Below, one piece after another: positions 56,253 through 64,000 of a DNA stretch of 64,000 nucleotides. Each line of letters opens with the position of its first letter. Positions within the stretch are counted from its first letter, which is position 1. Made by a program: the position numbers and the translations under genes. This stretch comes from Rhodospirillales bacterium. GTDB lineage: Bacteria; Pseudomonadota; Alphaproteobacteria; MPNO01; UBA2964. Where the stretch lies: assembly GCA_038116945.1 (NCBI GenBank), contig JAYOEY010000003.1:128662-192661 (forward strand). The letters are read 5' to 3'. The notes beneath the pieces are model-generated. The model was not told where the DNA came from. It did no database searches and saw only the letters and a program-made list of their open reading frames with translations.

Positions 56253-58571
56253 TTACCCGCGCGCGTCCAGTATCTTCTTCAGCCGCTGCGGCGTGACGGG
56301 TGTCTGCGTTACCGCGCCGGGAACGCCGATGGCGGCGTCGATGGCGGATGCGATGGCGGCGGAGGCGCCGGTGATGCCGGCCTCGCCCGCGCCCTTGATG
56401 CCGAGCGGCGTACGGATCGAGGGGAAATCCTCGGTCAGCAGGATTTCGGGCTTCGGCAGCTCCTGCAATGTCGGCATCAGGTAATCGGCGAAGGTCACCG
56501 CCAGCGGCTGGCCGTCGGCGTCATAGGCGAACTCCTCGAACAGCGTGCCGCCGATGCCCTGCGCCAGCCCGCCCACCAGCTGCCCGTCGACCATTGCCGG
56601 GTTGATGGCGCGGCCGATATCGTAGCCGATGATGTAGCGTTCGATATCCACCCCGCCGGTATCGGGGTCCACCTTCACGACCGCGATGTGCAGCCCGTAC
56701 GGGTAGGTCTGGTGATCGATGTGGAAGAACGCCTCGCCCATCAGGAACGGGTCGCGCTTGCCGCGCGCCTTGGACGCCGGCGCCAGCGCTTCCGCGACCT
56801 CGCCCAGCGTCACGGACGGGCCGGACGGGTTGCCTTCGGGATGAACGACGCCATCGGTGATGGTGAGCCGGTCCGCCGGCGTCTGTAACAGATCGGCCGC
56901 CATATCGAGCGCCTTTGCGCGGACCTGGAGCGCGGTTTCATAAACCGCCGTGCCGGTTAGCACGGTGGCGCGGGACGCATGCGCCCCAACGCCGTATTCG
57001 ATGCGGTCGGTGCGGCCGTGGACCACCTTGATGCGGCGGTAATCGGTGCCGAGCGTCTCGGCCGCGATCTGCGCCATGGCGGTCTCGAACCCCTGGCCGA
57101 TCGACGCGCCGCCGGTCACCACCTCGACATGGCCGGTGACGTCGACATAGATCTTGGACCCGTCGGTCGGGCCGAGCCCGCTTTTCTCGAAAAACATCGA
57201 GACCCCGGCGCCCACCAGCTCGCCATTGGCGCGGCGCTCTGCCAGTTCTTTCTCAATCGCGTCATAGCCGTAGGCTTCGAGCGTCTTGTCGAGCAGCCCT
57301 TCGTAATCGCCCGGATCGTGCTCGACAGAATCGCCCAGCACGTCGAGATCGCGGCCCCACGGCATTTCCTCGAGCGCGATCAGGTTGCGGCGGCGCACCG
57401 CTAGCCGGCTCATGCCCATCTCTTCGGCGATGGCGTCCATCAGGCGCTCGCGTACGAAGGTGCTTTCGAAACGGCCGGGTGAACGGTAGGTCGCCGCCGG
57501 CGTCTTGTTGGTCAGGCAGAAATGGCAGACCGAGCGGTAGTTGGGAATACGGTACGGGCCGGGCAACGTGCCGGTCGTCATGTTGGCGACGCGCGTGCCG
57601 TGGGTACGGATATAGCCGCCCTGATCGAGCCACAGCTCGTCGTCGATCGCCACCACCTCGCCGTCCTCGGCGACGGCGGCGCGGATTTTGTGGCGCTGCT
57701 GGCGCGACTGGTTGGCGGCCGTCAGATGTTCCTGCCGGTCCTCGATCCATTTGACCGGCCGGTCGAGCCGCATCGCGGCGACGCAGACCAGCACGTCCTC
57801 GGGGTAAAGCTCGCCCCTGATCCCGAACCCGCCGCCGGTGTGACCCTCGTACAGATGCACGCCCGACGCGGGCCGGTTCAGCATGCGGCAGAGGGTCTCG
57901 CGGTTGCGGTGCGGGACCTTGGCGGCGCCATGCATTTCCAGCACGTCGCGCGCCGCGTCGTAGCGCCCGACCGAGCCGCGGCATTCCAGCGGTACGCCCG
58001 AATGGCGGCCGACCTTTACATCCACCTCGACGATTTTGTAGGCCTCGGCAAAGCTCTTCTCGATATCGCCATAGCCCTGCTCGACCACGGCGGCCTCGGT
58101 TGTCTGGCCGTCCTTGAAGTCCTGCGGCGGGTCGTCGGCATTGACCAGCACCGGCAGCGGCTCCAGGTCCAGTTCGACCAGCTCGGCAGCGTCCTCGGCG
58201 ATATAGGCGTCCTCGGCGAACACCGCGGCAACCGGATCGCCGACATAGCGCACCCGTTCGCGCGCCAGCGCGTACTGGCGGAACAGGGCGAGCTGCGGGT
58301 TCGACCCTTCGCGGAAATCGATCGGCGGAATGTCGGCGATATCGTCCGACGTCCATACCGCGACCACGCCCGGCAGCGCCTTCGCCGCCGCAATGTCGAT
58401 CCCCTTGATAAGCCCGTGCGCGATGGGCGAGCGCACCACCCGCATGTGAAGCTGGTCGGGAAAATTGACGTCGCCGACGAACCGGGCCCTGCCCGAAATC
58501 AGCGGCGGGTCTTCGAGCCGGTTAACGCTGTCGCCGAGATGGCCCAGCATGTCGTTTCTCTGCGTAGCCAT
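56253..58571 (-). CDS. Molybdenum hydroxylase large subunit (CoxL/XdhA family, not CO dehydrogenase)
   Basis: RLED..LISG, GGGFGIRGE, loop ATYRSPGR, GQGFET, KGAGE. Start moved to MATQRN. Confidence 0.88.
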   Translation of the reverse strand: MATQRNDMLGHLGDSVNRLEDPPLISGRARFVGDVNFPDQLHMRVVRSPIAHGLIKGIDIAAAKALPGVVAVWTSDDIADIPPIDFREGSNPQLALFRQYALARERVRYVGDPVAAVFAEDAYIAEDAAELVELDLEPLPVLVNADDPPQDFKDGQTTEAAVVEQGYGDIEKSFAEAYKIVEVDVKVGRHSGVPLECRGSVGRYDAARDVLEMHGAAKVPHRNRETLCRMLNRPASGVHLYEGHTGGGFGIRGELYPEDVLVCVAAMRLDRPVKWIEDRQEHLTAANQSRQQRHKIRAAVAEDGEVVAIDDELWLDQGGYIRTHGTRVANMTTGTLPGPYRIPNYRSVCHFCLTNKTPAATYRSPGRFESTFVRERLMDAIAEEMGMSRLAVRRRNLIALEEMPWGRDLDVLGDSVEHDPGDYEGLLDKTLEAYGYDAIEKELAERRANGELVGAGVSMFFEKSGLGPTDGSKIYVDVTGHVEVVTGGASIGQGFETAMAQIAAETLGTDYRRIKVVHGRTDRIEYGVGAHASRATVLTGTAVYETALQVRAKALDMAADLLQTPADRLTITDGVVHPEGNPSGPSVTLGEVAEALAPASKARGKRDPFLMGEAFFHIDHQTYPYGLHIAVVKVDPDTGGVDIERYIIGYDIGRAINPAMVDGQLVGGLAQGIGGTLFEEFAYDADGQPLAVTFADYLMPTLQELPKPEILLTEDFPSIRTPLGIKGAGEAGITGASAAIASAIDAAIGVPGAVTQTPVTPQRLKKILDARG

Positions 58572-59050
58572 CAGGCGCTCTTCATCTTGTCGCGGGCTTC
58601 GCGCACCGCCTTGATGATGTTCTGGTAACCGGTGCAGCGGCACAGGTTCGACGCCAGCGCGTCGTTGAGCTCTTCGTCGCCGATATCGGGATTGGCCTCC
58701 AGCACGCCGGTCGCCAGCATCAGGAAGCCGGGGGTGCAGTAGCCGCACTGCAGCGCGTGATTGTCGGTGAAGGCCTGCTGCAGGGGATGCAGCCGGTCGC
58801 CATCGGCCAGCCCTTCGACGGTGCGGATCTTCTTTCCCTGTGCCTGGATGCCGAACATCAGGCAGGAACGCACCGGTTCGCCGTCGATCAGCACGGTGCA
58901 GGCGCCGCAGACGCCGTGTTCGCAACCCAGATGGGTGCCGGTCTGATGACAGTCGTCGCGGATCACGTCGGCCAGCGTCTTGCGGGGTTCCACCGTCGCG
59001 CTGTAATCGCGCCCGTTGATGTTGAGACTTATCTCGACCTTGTCAGCCAT
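58571..59050 (-). CDS. Molybdenum hydroxylase [2Fe-2S] small subunit
   Basis: GCEHGVCGAC, QCGYCTPG, CRCTGY. Confidence 0.92.
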   Translation of the reverse strand: MADKVEISLNINGRDYSATVEPRKTLADVIRDDCHQTGTHLGCEHGVCGACTVLIDGEPVRSCLMFGIQAQGKKIRTVEGLADGDRLHPLQQAFTDNHALQCGYCTPGFLMLATGVLEANPDIGDEELNDALASNLCRCTGYQNIIKAVREARDKMKSA

Positions 59051-59056
59051 GTGTCC

Positions 59057-59917
59057 TTACCCCTTCGCCGCATCGTCGAGCGCACGGCGTACCATCGCGC
59101 GTACCAGGTCGCGCCGGTAATCGGCCGTGTTCTGCGCGTCTTCCATCGGATCGACCGCCCTGGACGCGGCATCCGCCGCCGCGTCGAACGCCGCCGGCCC
59201 CGCCGCCTGCCCGTTCAGCGCGGCCTCGGCCTCGGTAATCCGCCTCGGCCGGTCCTCCGCCCCGCCGAGCCCGACGCGGGCATCCGCGATCCTGCCGTCC
59301 ACCTCGCGATAGCACACGACCGCCATGGCGATGGCGAAATCGCCGGCCCGGCGGCTGAATTCCTGAAAACCGACCTTCGCGTCCATCGGCAGCTTGGGGA
59401 TGCGCACCTCGGCCAGCAGCTCGTCTTCGGCCAGCGCGGTCGACATCACCCCTTCGAAATAGTCCGCCGCCGGGATGAGCCGTTCGCCGCCCGACGATTT
59501 CGCGACCATCGTCGCATCCATCGTCGCCGCCACGGCGCACCATTCGGACGCCGGATCGGCATGGGCAACGGAGCCGCAGAACGTGCCGCGCAGGCGGATC
59601 GGCAGATGCGCGATCTTCGCCACGACCTTGGTCAGCAGCGCGCCCGTCGGGCAGGCGCAGACCTGCTCGTGAAACGCCGCGTGCCTGACCCGCGCGCCGA
59701 TGGCAATGACATCGCCCGCGGTCGAGATTGCGTCGAGCCCCTCGACATTGTTGATATCGATCAGATGCGGCGGCTTGGCGAGCCGGAACGCCATGGTCGG
59801 CACCAGACTCTGGCCGCCCGCGAGGATGCGCCCGTCCTCCGGCGCGTACTGCGCCAGCAGCGCGACCGTCTCATCGACGGTCGTCGGCGCGTGATAGGTA
59901 AAAGCGGCGGGTTTCAT
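59057..59917 (-). CDS. Molybdenum hydroxylase FAD medium subunit
   Basis: MKPAAFTYHAP, AGGQSL, RGTFCGSVAHADPASE, RRAGDFA. Confidence 0.92.
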   Translation of the reverse strand: MKPAAFTYHAPTTVDETVALLAQYAPEDGRILAGGQSLVPTMAFRLAKPPHLIDINNVEGLDAISTAGDVIAIGARVRHAAFHEQVCACPTGALLTKVVAKIAHLPIRLRGTFCGSVAHADPASEWCAVAATMDATMVAKSSGGERLIPAADYFEGVMSTALAEDELLAEVRIPKLPMDAKVGFQEFSRRAGDFAIAMAVVCYREVDGRIADARVGLGGAEDRPRRITEAEAALNGQAAGPAAFDAAADAASRAVDPMEDAQNTADYRRDLVRAMVRRALDDAAKG

Positions 59918-60010
59918 GCGTTTCTTTCATGTTTATCGGAGGCGCATAAATGCCCCAGAACGGCGGGCGCGTAAAGGGTGGGGGTCGCCGCTTACCCAAC
60001 AACATTGATT

Positions 60011-60096
60011 TGTCATGCCCGGGCCCGGACCCGGGCATCTTGTGCGGACTGGAGCGAAATCGGCAGGAGATCGCCGGGACAAGCCCGGCGATGACG
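60011..60096. repeat. CGTC-type REP doublet
   Basis: TGTCATGCCCGGGCCCGGACCCGGGCATC...GATCGCCGGGACAAGCCCGGCGATGACG. Confidence 0.85.
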
Positions 60097-60121
60097 AACA
60101 TGATTAGGGCGTCCGCGTTCC

Positions 60122-61108
60122 CTAAACCCGGAAGACGTCGCCGCGCTTGCGGCCCTGATCGACCGACAGGAACAGCTCGTCGAGCGGGATCTCGCGGCGG
60201 ATCATTCCCTGCTCGTGGGAGTATTTCACCATCTGGGTCAGCAGGTGGACGTTCTTTTCCGTCATGCCGTATTCCCACGGGTCCTTGCCCATCAGCTCTT
60301 CCTGCTCCTCCCACGCCTCGCGATACCAGGCGAGCGGCACGATGCGCGGATTGACCATGCGCTTCATGGCGAGCGCCTTGGCCTCGTTGAAGGCATGGAA
60401 CAGGTTGATCGGCACCCAGGGGTGTTCCTCGACGATTTCACGCTTGATGCCCATCACATGCATGATCGGGAACATCTGCGTGCGCCGGTAGAACTCGATT
60501 TCTTCCTGCTTGAAATTGGGGAACAGGCGGCCGACGCGCGGGTCGCCGTCGACGATCGGCTGGATCAGGTCGGGATGCAGGCAGGCGTCGATCTCGCCAT
60601 CCATCAGCATCTGCTCGCAGGTCTGGTCGTCGGCCATACGGGAAAGCTTCAGCCCGGGCGGCGGCTCGAACTCGATGCTCTCGTCCAGCTCCGCCAGCCA
60701 TTCGCATTCGCGGTGCGGCACGCCGTACTCGTGCTCGAGGATGCCGCGCATCCAGAGCTGCGCCGAGGACTGGTACTGCTTCACGCCGATCTTCTTGCCG
60801 ATCAGGTCGGTCGGCTTCTCGATCCCCTTGGTCGTGTTGATAAAGATAAAACCGTGGCGGAAGCGCCGGTGCAGGAACACCGGGATGCCCTCGAACGGCA
60901 GGTCCTGATCGCGCGCCACCAGGTAGGAGGATGACGAGGTTTCGGCGACGTCGAAATCCCGGTTGCGCAGGAACCGCCAGTGCCGCGTCGTCGAATCCAT
61001 CTTGGTCAGCACGTTGAGCTCGATGCCGTCGGGCTGCACGCTGCCTTCCTTGAGGGCGCGGACGATCTCGTAATCGCCCATCGCCAGGGTGAGTTTCAGT
61101 CTGGCCAT
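60122..61108 (-). CDS. 4,5-Dihydroxyphthalate decarboxylase-like protein (second copy)
   Basis: LKLTLAMGDYE, FDVAETS, RRFRH, DLIGKKIG, FPIMH, HEQG. Confidence 0.8.
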   Translation of the reverse strand: MARLKLTLAMGDYEIVRALKEGSVQPDGIELNVLTKMDSTTRHWRFLRNRDFDVAETSSSSYLVARDQDLPFEGIPVFLHRRFRHGFIFINTTKGIEKPTDLIGKKIGVKQYQSSAQLWMRGILEHEYGVPHRECEWLAELDESIEFEPPPGLKLSRMADDQTCEQMLMDGEIDACLHPDLIQPIVDGDPRVGRLFPNFKQEEIEFYRRTQMFPIMHVMGIKREIVEEHPWVPINLFHAFNEAKALAMKRMVNPRIVPLAWYREAWEEQEELMGKDPWEYGMTEKNVHLLTQMVKYSHEQGMIRREIPLDELFLSVDQGRKRGDVFRV

Positions 61109-61138
61109 AATTTTTCCGTTCTATCCGTTATCTTGAAC

Positions 61139-61209
61139 TGTCGCCCCGGACTTGATCCGGGGTCCAGTCACCGGTTGCCTCTGGACCCCGGATCAAGTCC
61201 GGGGTGACA
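61139..61209. repeat. TGTC-type REP doublet forming a near-perfect 29-bp inverted repeat
   Basis: TGTCGCCCCGGACTTGATCCGGGGTCCAG...CTGGACCCCGGATCAAGTCCGGGGTGACA (1 mismatch). Confidence 0.85.
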
Positions 61210-61222
61210 ACCGAGCGTGTCA

Positions 61223-63520
61223 TTAACTTTCGTGCGTTTCCCGCCCCCGCAATATTTCCCGGATGCGCTGCGGCGTCACCGGCAGCCTTGTAATTGCGCC
61301 GGGGATGCCGAGCGCCTCGTCGATCGCGCCGGCGATTGCCGCGCCTGCGCCGTTGATCCCGCCCTCGCCGCCGCCCTTGAGGCCCAGCGAATTGTGCGGG
61401 CTCGGCGCGTCCTCGGTCACCAGGCATTCGGTATCGGGCGCGCAGTCGAGCGTCGGCAGCAGATAATCGGCGAAGGTCACCGCCAGCGGATTGCCTTCCG
61501 CGTCGTAGGCGAACTCCTCGTACAGCGCGCCGCCGATCCCCTGCAGGGTGCCGCCAACCAGCTGTCCTTCCAGCGTGTTCATGTTGACCGCGCGGCCGAC
61601 ATCGTAGGCGACCAGAAAGCGCTCGACTTTTATACCGCCGGTATCGGGGTCCACCTTCGCGACCGCAAAATGGATGCCGTAGGGGAAGGTGGTTTCGTCG
61701 GTGGTGTGGAATCCTTCGGTGGCGAGCGCATCGCCGCGACGCCTGGCGATCTCCCCCAACGTCACCGATGCGCCATCCGGCTGATCGGCGCGGAACACCA
61801 CGCCGCCCGCGATATCGAGCTCGTCGGGTTCCGCCTGCAACAGCTCCGCCGCCGTCCCCAGCGCCTTTTCGCGCAGCAATACGGCCGTTTCATGCACCGC
61901 GCTGCCGGTCATCACGGTCGCCCGCGCCGCATGCGCGCCGATGCCGTAGGGGATCGCATCGGTCTGGCCATGCAGCACGCGGACGGCCGACAGCTCGACG
62001 CCCAGCGCCGCCGCGCAGATCTGGCCCATCGTGGTCTCGAAGCCCTGGCCAAGCGACGCGCCGCCGGTCAGCACGGTGACGGTGCCGTCCTCCCCGACGC
62101 TGATACGCGCGCCGTCCTTGGGACCGCGCCCGGATTCCTCGACGAACACGCCGATGCCCGCGCCGACCATCTCGCCGTTCGCCCGCCTTGCGGCGAGTTC
62201 GGCCTGCAGTTTGTCCCATTTCAGGTAGTCGAGCGCCTTGTCGAGCAGCAGCGGATAATCGCCGGTATCGAGCAGCAGGTTCTCAACCTCCGGCTCGTCG
62301 AAATCGATGGAGAACGGCATGTCGGCGGCAGTGATCAGATTGCGGCGGCGCAGCTCTATCCGGTCGATGCCCATCTCCTCGGCCACGGCATCCATCAGCC
62401 GCTCGCGGATGAAGGTGCTCTCGAACCGGCCCGGCGCGCGGTAGGTCGCCGCCGGCGCCTTGTTGGTGAGCCGCAGATGGCACAGCGCGCGATAGGCCGG
62501 CACCTTGTAGGCGCCTGTCATCATGCACATGGTGCGGTTGGGCACGTTGGCCCCATGGGTGCGGATATAGCCGCCCTGGTCGTGCCAGAACTCGACATCG
62601 ATGCCCTGGATGACGCCCTGCCCGTCGACCGCGATGCGGGCCCGGTGATGCTGGTTGCGCCCCTGGTTGGCAGCCATCATGTGTTCCTGCCGGTCCTCGA
62701 TCCACTTGACCGGACGGCCGAACCGCTTCGCGGCGACCAGCACCAGCACGTCCTCGGGATAGAGCTCGCCCCTGATGCCGAACCCGCCGCCGGTATGGCC
62801 TTCATGCAGCACGATTTTGTCGGGATCGATCCCGAGCATGCGGACCAGCGTATCGCGGTTGCGGTGCGGTACCTTCGCGGCGCCGTAGAGCCGCAGCGTT
62901 TCGGTCTCCGCTTCCCACACGCCGAGCGCACCGCGGCATTCCATCGGCACGCCGGAATGACGTCCGGTAAACAGATCCAGATCGATCACCCGATGCGCGC
63001 CGGCGAACGCCGCCTCGACGTCGCCGAACGTATGGGTCATCAGCGCGGCTTCCGACGACAGGCCCGGCTCGAACTCGCCCGGCTCGTCGTCGCCTGACGC
63101 AATGACGCGCAGCGGCTCGACATCCAGCTCGATCAGCTCGGCGGCATCCTCGGCGATATAGGGATCTTCGGCGAACACGGCGGCCACCGGGTCGCCGACA
63201 TAGCGCATCCGGTCGCGCGCCAGACAGTGCTGGCGGAACGGCTTCAGATTGTCGGCCGAGCGGTCGGCGCGGAAATCGATCGGCGGCAGGTCGGCAATGT
63301 CGTCATGCGTCCACACCGCGACGACGCCCGGCAGCGCTTTCGCCGCCGTCGTATCGATTGACCGTATTTCGGCATGGGCCCAGGGCGCGCGCAGGATGCG
63401 CATGTGAAGCTGATCGGGAAAATCGATATCCGCCGCATAACGTCCCTGCCCGGTAATCAGCGGCCCGTCTTCCAGCCGCGGCAGCCGGTCTCCCAGCGCA
63501 ATTTTTTTCTGTGTCGCCAT
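61223..63520 (-). CDS. Molybdenum hydroxylase large subunit (paralog of 56253-58571)
   Basis: RLEDGPLITG, GHTGGGFGIRGELYPED, ATYRAPGRFES, KGGGE. Confidence 0.88.
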   Translation of the reverse strand: MATQKKIALGDRLPRLEDGPLITGQGRYAADIDFPDQLHMRILRAPWAHAEIRSIDTTAAKALPGVVAVWTHDDIADLPPIDFRADRSADNLKPFRQHCLARDRMRYVGDPVAAVFAEDPYIAEDAAELIELDVEPLRVIASGDDEPGEFEPGLSSEAALMTHTFGDVEAAFAGAHRVIDLDLFTGRHSGVPMECRGALGVWEAETETLRLYGAAKVPHRNRDTLVRMLGIDPDKIVLHEGHTGGGFGIRGELYPEDVLVLVAAKRFGRPVKWIEDRQEHMMAANQGRNQHHRARIAVDGQGVIQGIDVEFWHDQGGYIRTHGANVPNRTMCMMTGAYKVPAYRALCHLRLTNKAPAATYRAPGRFESTFIRERLMDAVAEEMGIDRIELRRRNLITAADMPFSIDFDEPEVENLLLDTGDYPLLLDKALDYLKWDKLQAELAARRANGEMVGAGIGVFVEESGRGPKDGARISVGEDGTVTVLTGGASLGQGFETTMGQICAAALGVELSAVRVLHGQTDAIPYGIGAHAARATVMTGSAVHETAVLLREKALGTAAELLQAEPDELDIAGGVVFRADQPDGASVTLGEIARRRGDALATEGFHTTDETTFPYGIHFAVAKVDPDTGGIKVERFLVAYDVGRAVNMNTLEGQLVGGTLQGIGGALYEEFAYDAEGNPLAVTFADYLLPTLDCAPDTECLVTEDAPSPHNSLGLKGGGEGGINGAGAAIAGAIDEALGIPGAITRLPVTPQRIREILRGRETHES

Positions 63521-63594
63521 GGGGGATAGATGCCTGAAGACGGGCTGTCCGTCAAAGGGGCATGGAGACCTCTCCCGCAGCAGCAGGGGATTAA

Positions 63595-63699
63595 CCCCCT
63601 CCCCGACCCTCCCCCAGAATTGGGGGAGGGAGTCTCCATCCGTGTCTCCGCAACGAAGGGGTCCCCTCCCCCGCGAACGGGGGAGGGTCAGGGAGGGGG
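63595..63699. repeat. Inverted pair of C/G-rich repeat units
   Basis: CCCCCTCCCCGACCCTCCCCC..GGGGGAGGG and CCCTCCCCC..GGGGGAGGGTCAGGGAGGGGG. Confidence 0.75.
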
Positions 63700-63784
63700 C
63701 AGAGTCCAGTCATCCGCCGCCTTCCCCCCTCCCCGCATTGCCTGTATCTCTGTCGCAAACGGATCAATCAGGGAGACATTGCCC

Positions 63785-64000
63785 ATGGCGGCGATATCGC
63801 GGCTGGAACCGACATTGGGGCCGGACCATACGGGTCTGGTGCTGTTCGACACGCTTAACGGCTATCTGCATTCGGGCAATCCCGAGAAAGAGCGGTTTCT
63901 CGCCGAGTGCAACATCCTGGAAAACATGACCCGGCTGCTGGAAGGCGCTAGGGCGGCGGGGCTGACGACTTTCTACCCGATGGGGGCGCATGCGCCGGGC
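63785..64000 (+). CDS. Isochorismatase/cysteine hydrolase family protein, 5' part
   Basis: Hand translation: MAAISRLEPTLGPDHTGLVLFDTLNGYL...LENMTRLLEGARAAGLTTFY. GGGAGA RBS upstream. Confidence 0.65.
   Translation, partial: MAAISRLEPTLGPDHTGLVLFDTLNGYLHSGNPEKERFLAECNILENMTRLLEGARAAGLTTFYPMGAHAPG

Noticed and set aside
56253-63520. Aerobic CO dehydrogenase (coxMSL)
   Set aside because: The active-site loops are TYRSPGR and TYRAPGR, not AYxCSFR (form I) or AYxGAGR (form II), and no cox accessory genes are present.

Overview
High-GC bacterial chromosomal segment. Gene content and intergenic repeat families suggest an alphaproteobacterium, but that is an inference. The window is densely packed with catabolic genes for aromatic and heterocyclic compounds: a hydroxycinnamoyl-CoA hydratase/lyase with an ADP-forming CoA ligase, three acyl-CoA dehydrogenases, AcuI, LeuC/LeuD/LeuB-like enzymes, three tandem SDRs, three molybdenum-hydroxylase large subunits (one nicotinate-dehydrogenase-like), a UbiD decarboxylase, two Rieske oxygenase systems, a Co-type nitrile hydratase operon, four amidohydrolases, two MetE-II-like proteins and KatG. 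Non-metabolic highlights are: (i) a stand-alone GIY-YIG nuclease next to a pair of CGTC-type REP palindromes, with the unit bracketed by 44-bp direct repeats and related REP doublets scattered through the window; (ii) a DUF2946-like CxxC...RGPP leader ORF in front of a copper chaperone; (iii) a low-GC DUF433/PIN toxin-antitoxin pair; (iv) an NSS transporter broken by two in-frame stops; (v) paired Fur-like boxes in front of an unknown HCxCH protein. No rRNA, tRNA, CRISPR array or transposase was recognised. All calls come from reading motifs by eye, and no database searches were run.
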